Of a stretch of 64,000 nt of DNA, positions 63,952 to 64,000 are shown in pieces (position 1 is the stretch's first letter; every line of letters starts with the position of its first letter). Under the pieces are notes generated by a model. The model searched no databases. It saw only the letters and a list, made by a program, of their open reading frames with translations, and was not told the DNA's origin. Position numbers and translations under genes: made by a program. The DNA is from Podarcis erhardii (lineage: Eukaryota). The stretch is taken from NCBI GenBank assembly GCA_964252035.1, contig OZ176201.1; one strand, given 5' to 3'.

Positions 63952-64000
63952 CTGTTAAGGAAAAGGAGAAGAAAAAGTGATTCACCAACTGGGTCCTGGG

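Overview
Vertebrate genomic DNA from a squamate reptile, probably a lacertid lizard, judged from the Sauria SINEs and other squamate-type repeats. It is not prokaryotic, so the ORF track mostly shows exon fragments and GC-rich noise. I rebuilt five protein-coding genes by hand, all with GT-AG introns and consistent phases: intronless IER2 (+, 3237-3995), WDR83OS/Asterix (-, 4 coding exons, 106 aa), WDR83/MORG1 (+, 9 coding exons, 316 aa), FBXW9 (-, 10 coding exons, 467 aa) and the 3' 15 coding exons of TNPO2 (-, continuing past the window end). TNPO2 introns carry three box C/D snoRNA candidates with long terminal stems. Two are SNORD41-like paralogues, and one of those has a substitution exactly at the guide position facing the methylated nucleotide. 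The third has a D' guide complementary to a conserved 18S rRNA segment. Other notable items are an orphan CpG island at about 16.2-17.3 kb followed by nested helices, the absence of DHPS/GNG14 between WDR83 and FBXW9 compared with mammals, and many transposons, several nested and with intact target-site duplications (TSDs). All homology statements come from recalled sequences, not database searches.
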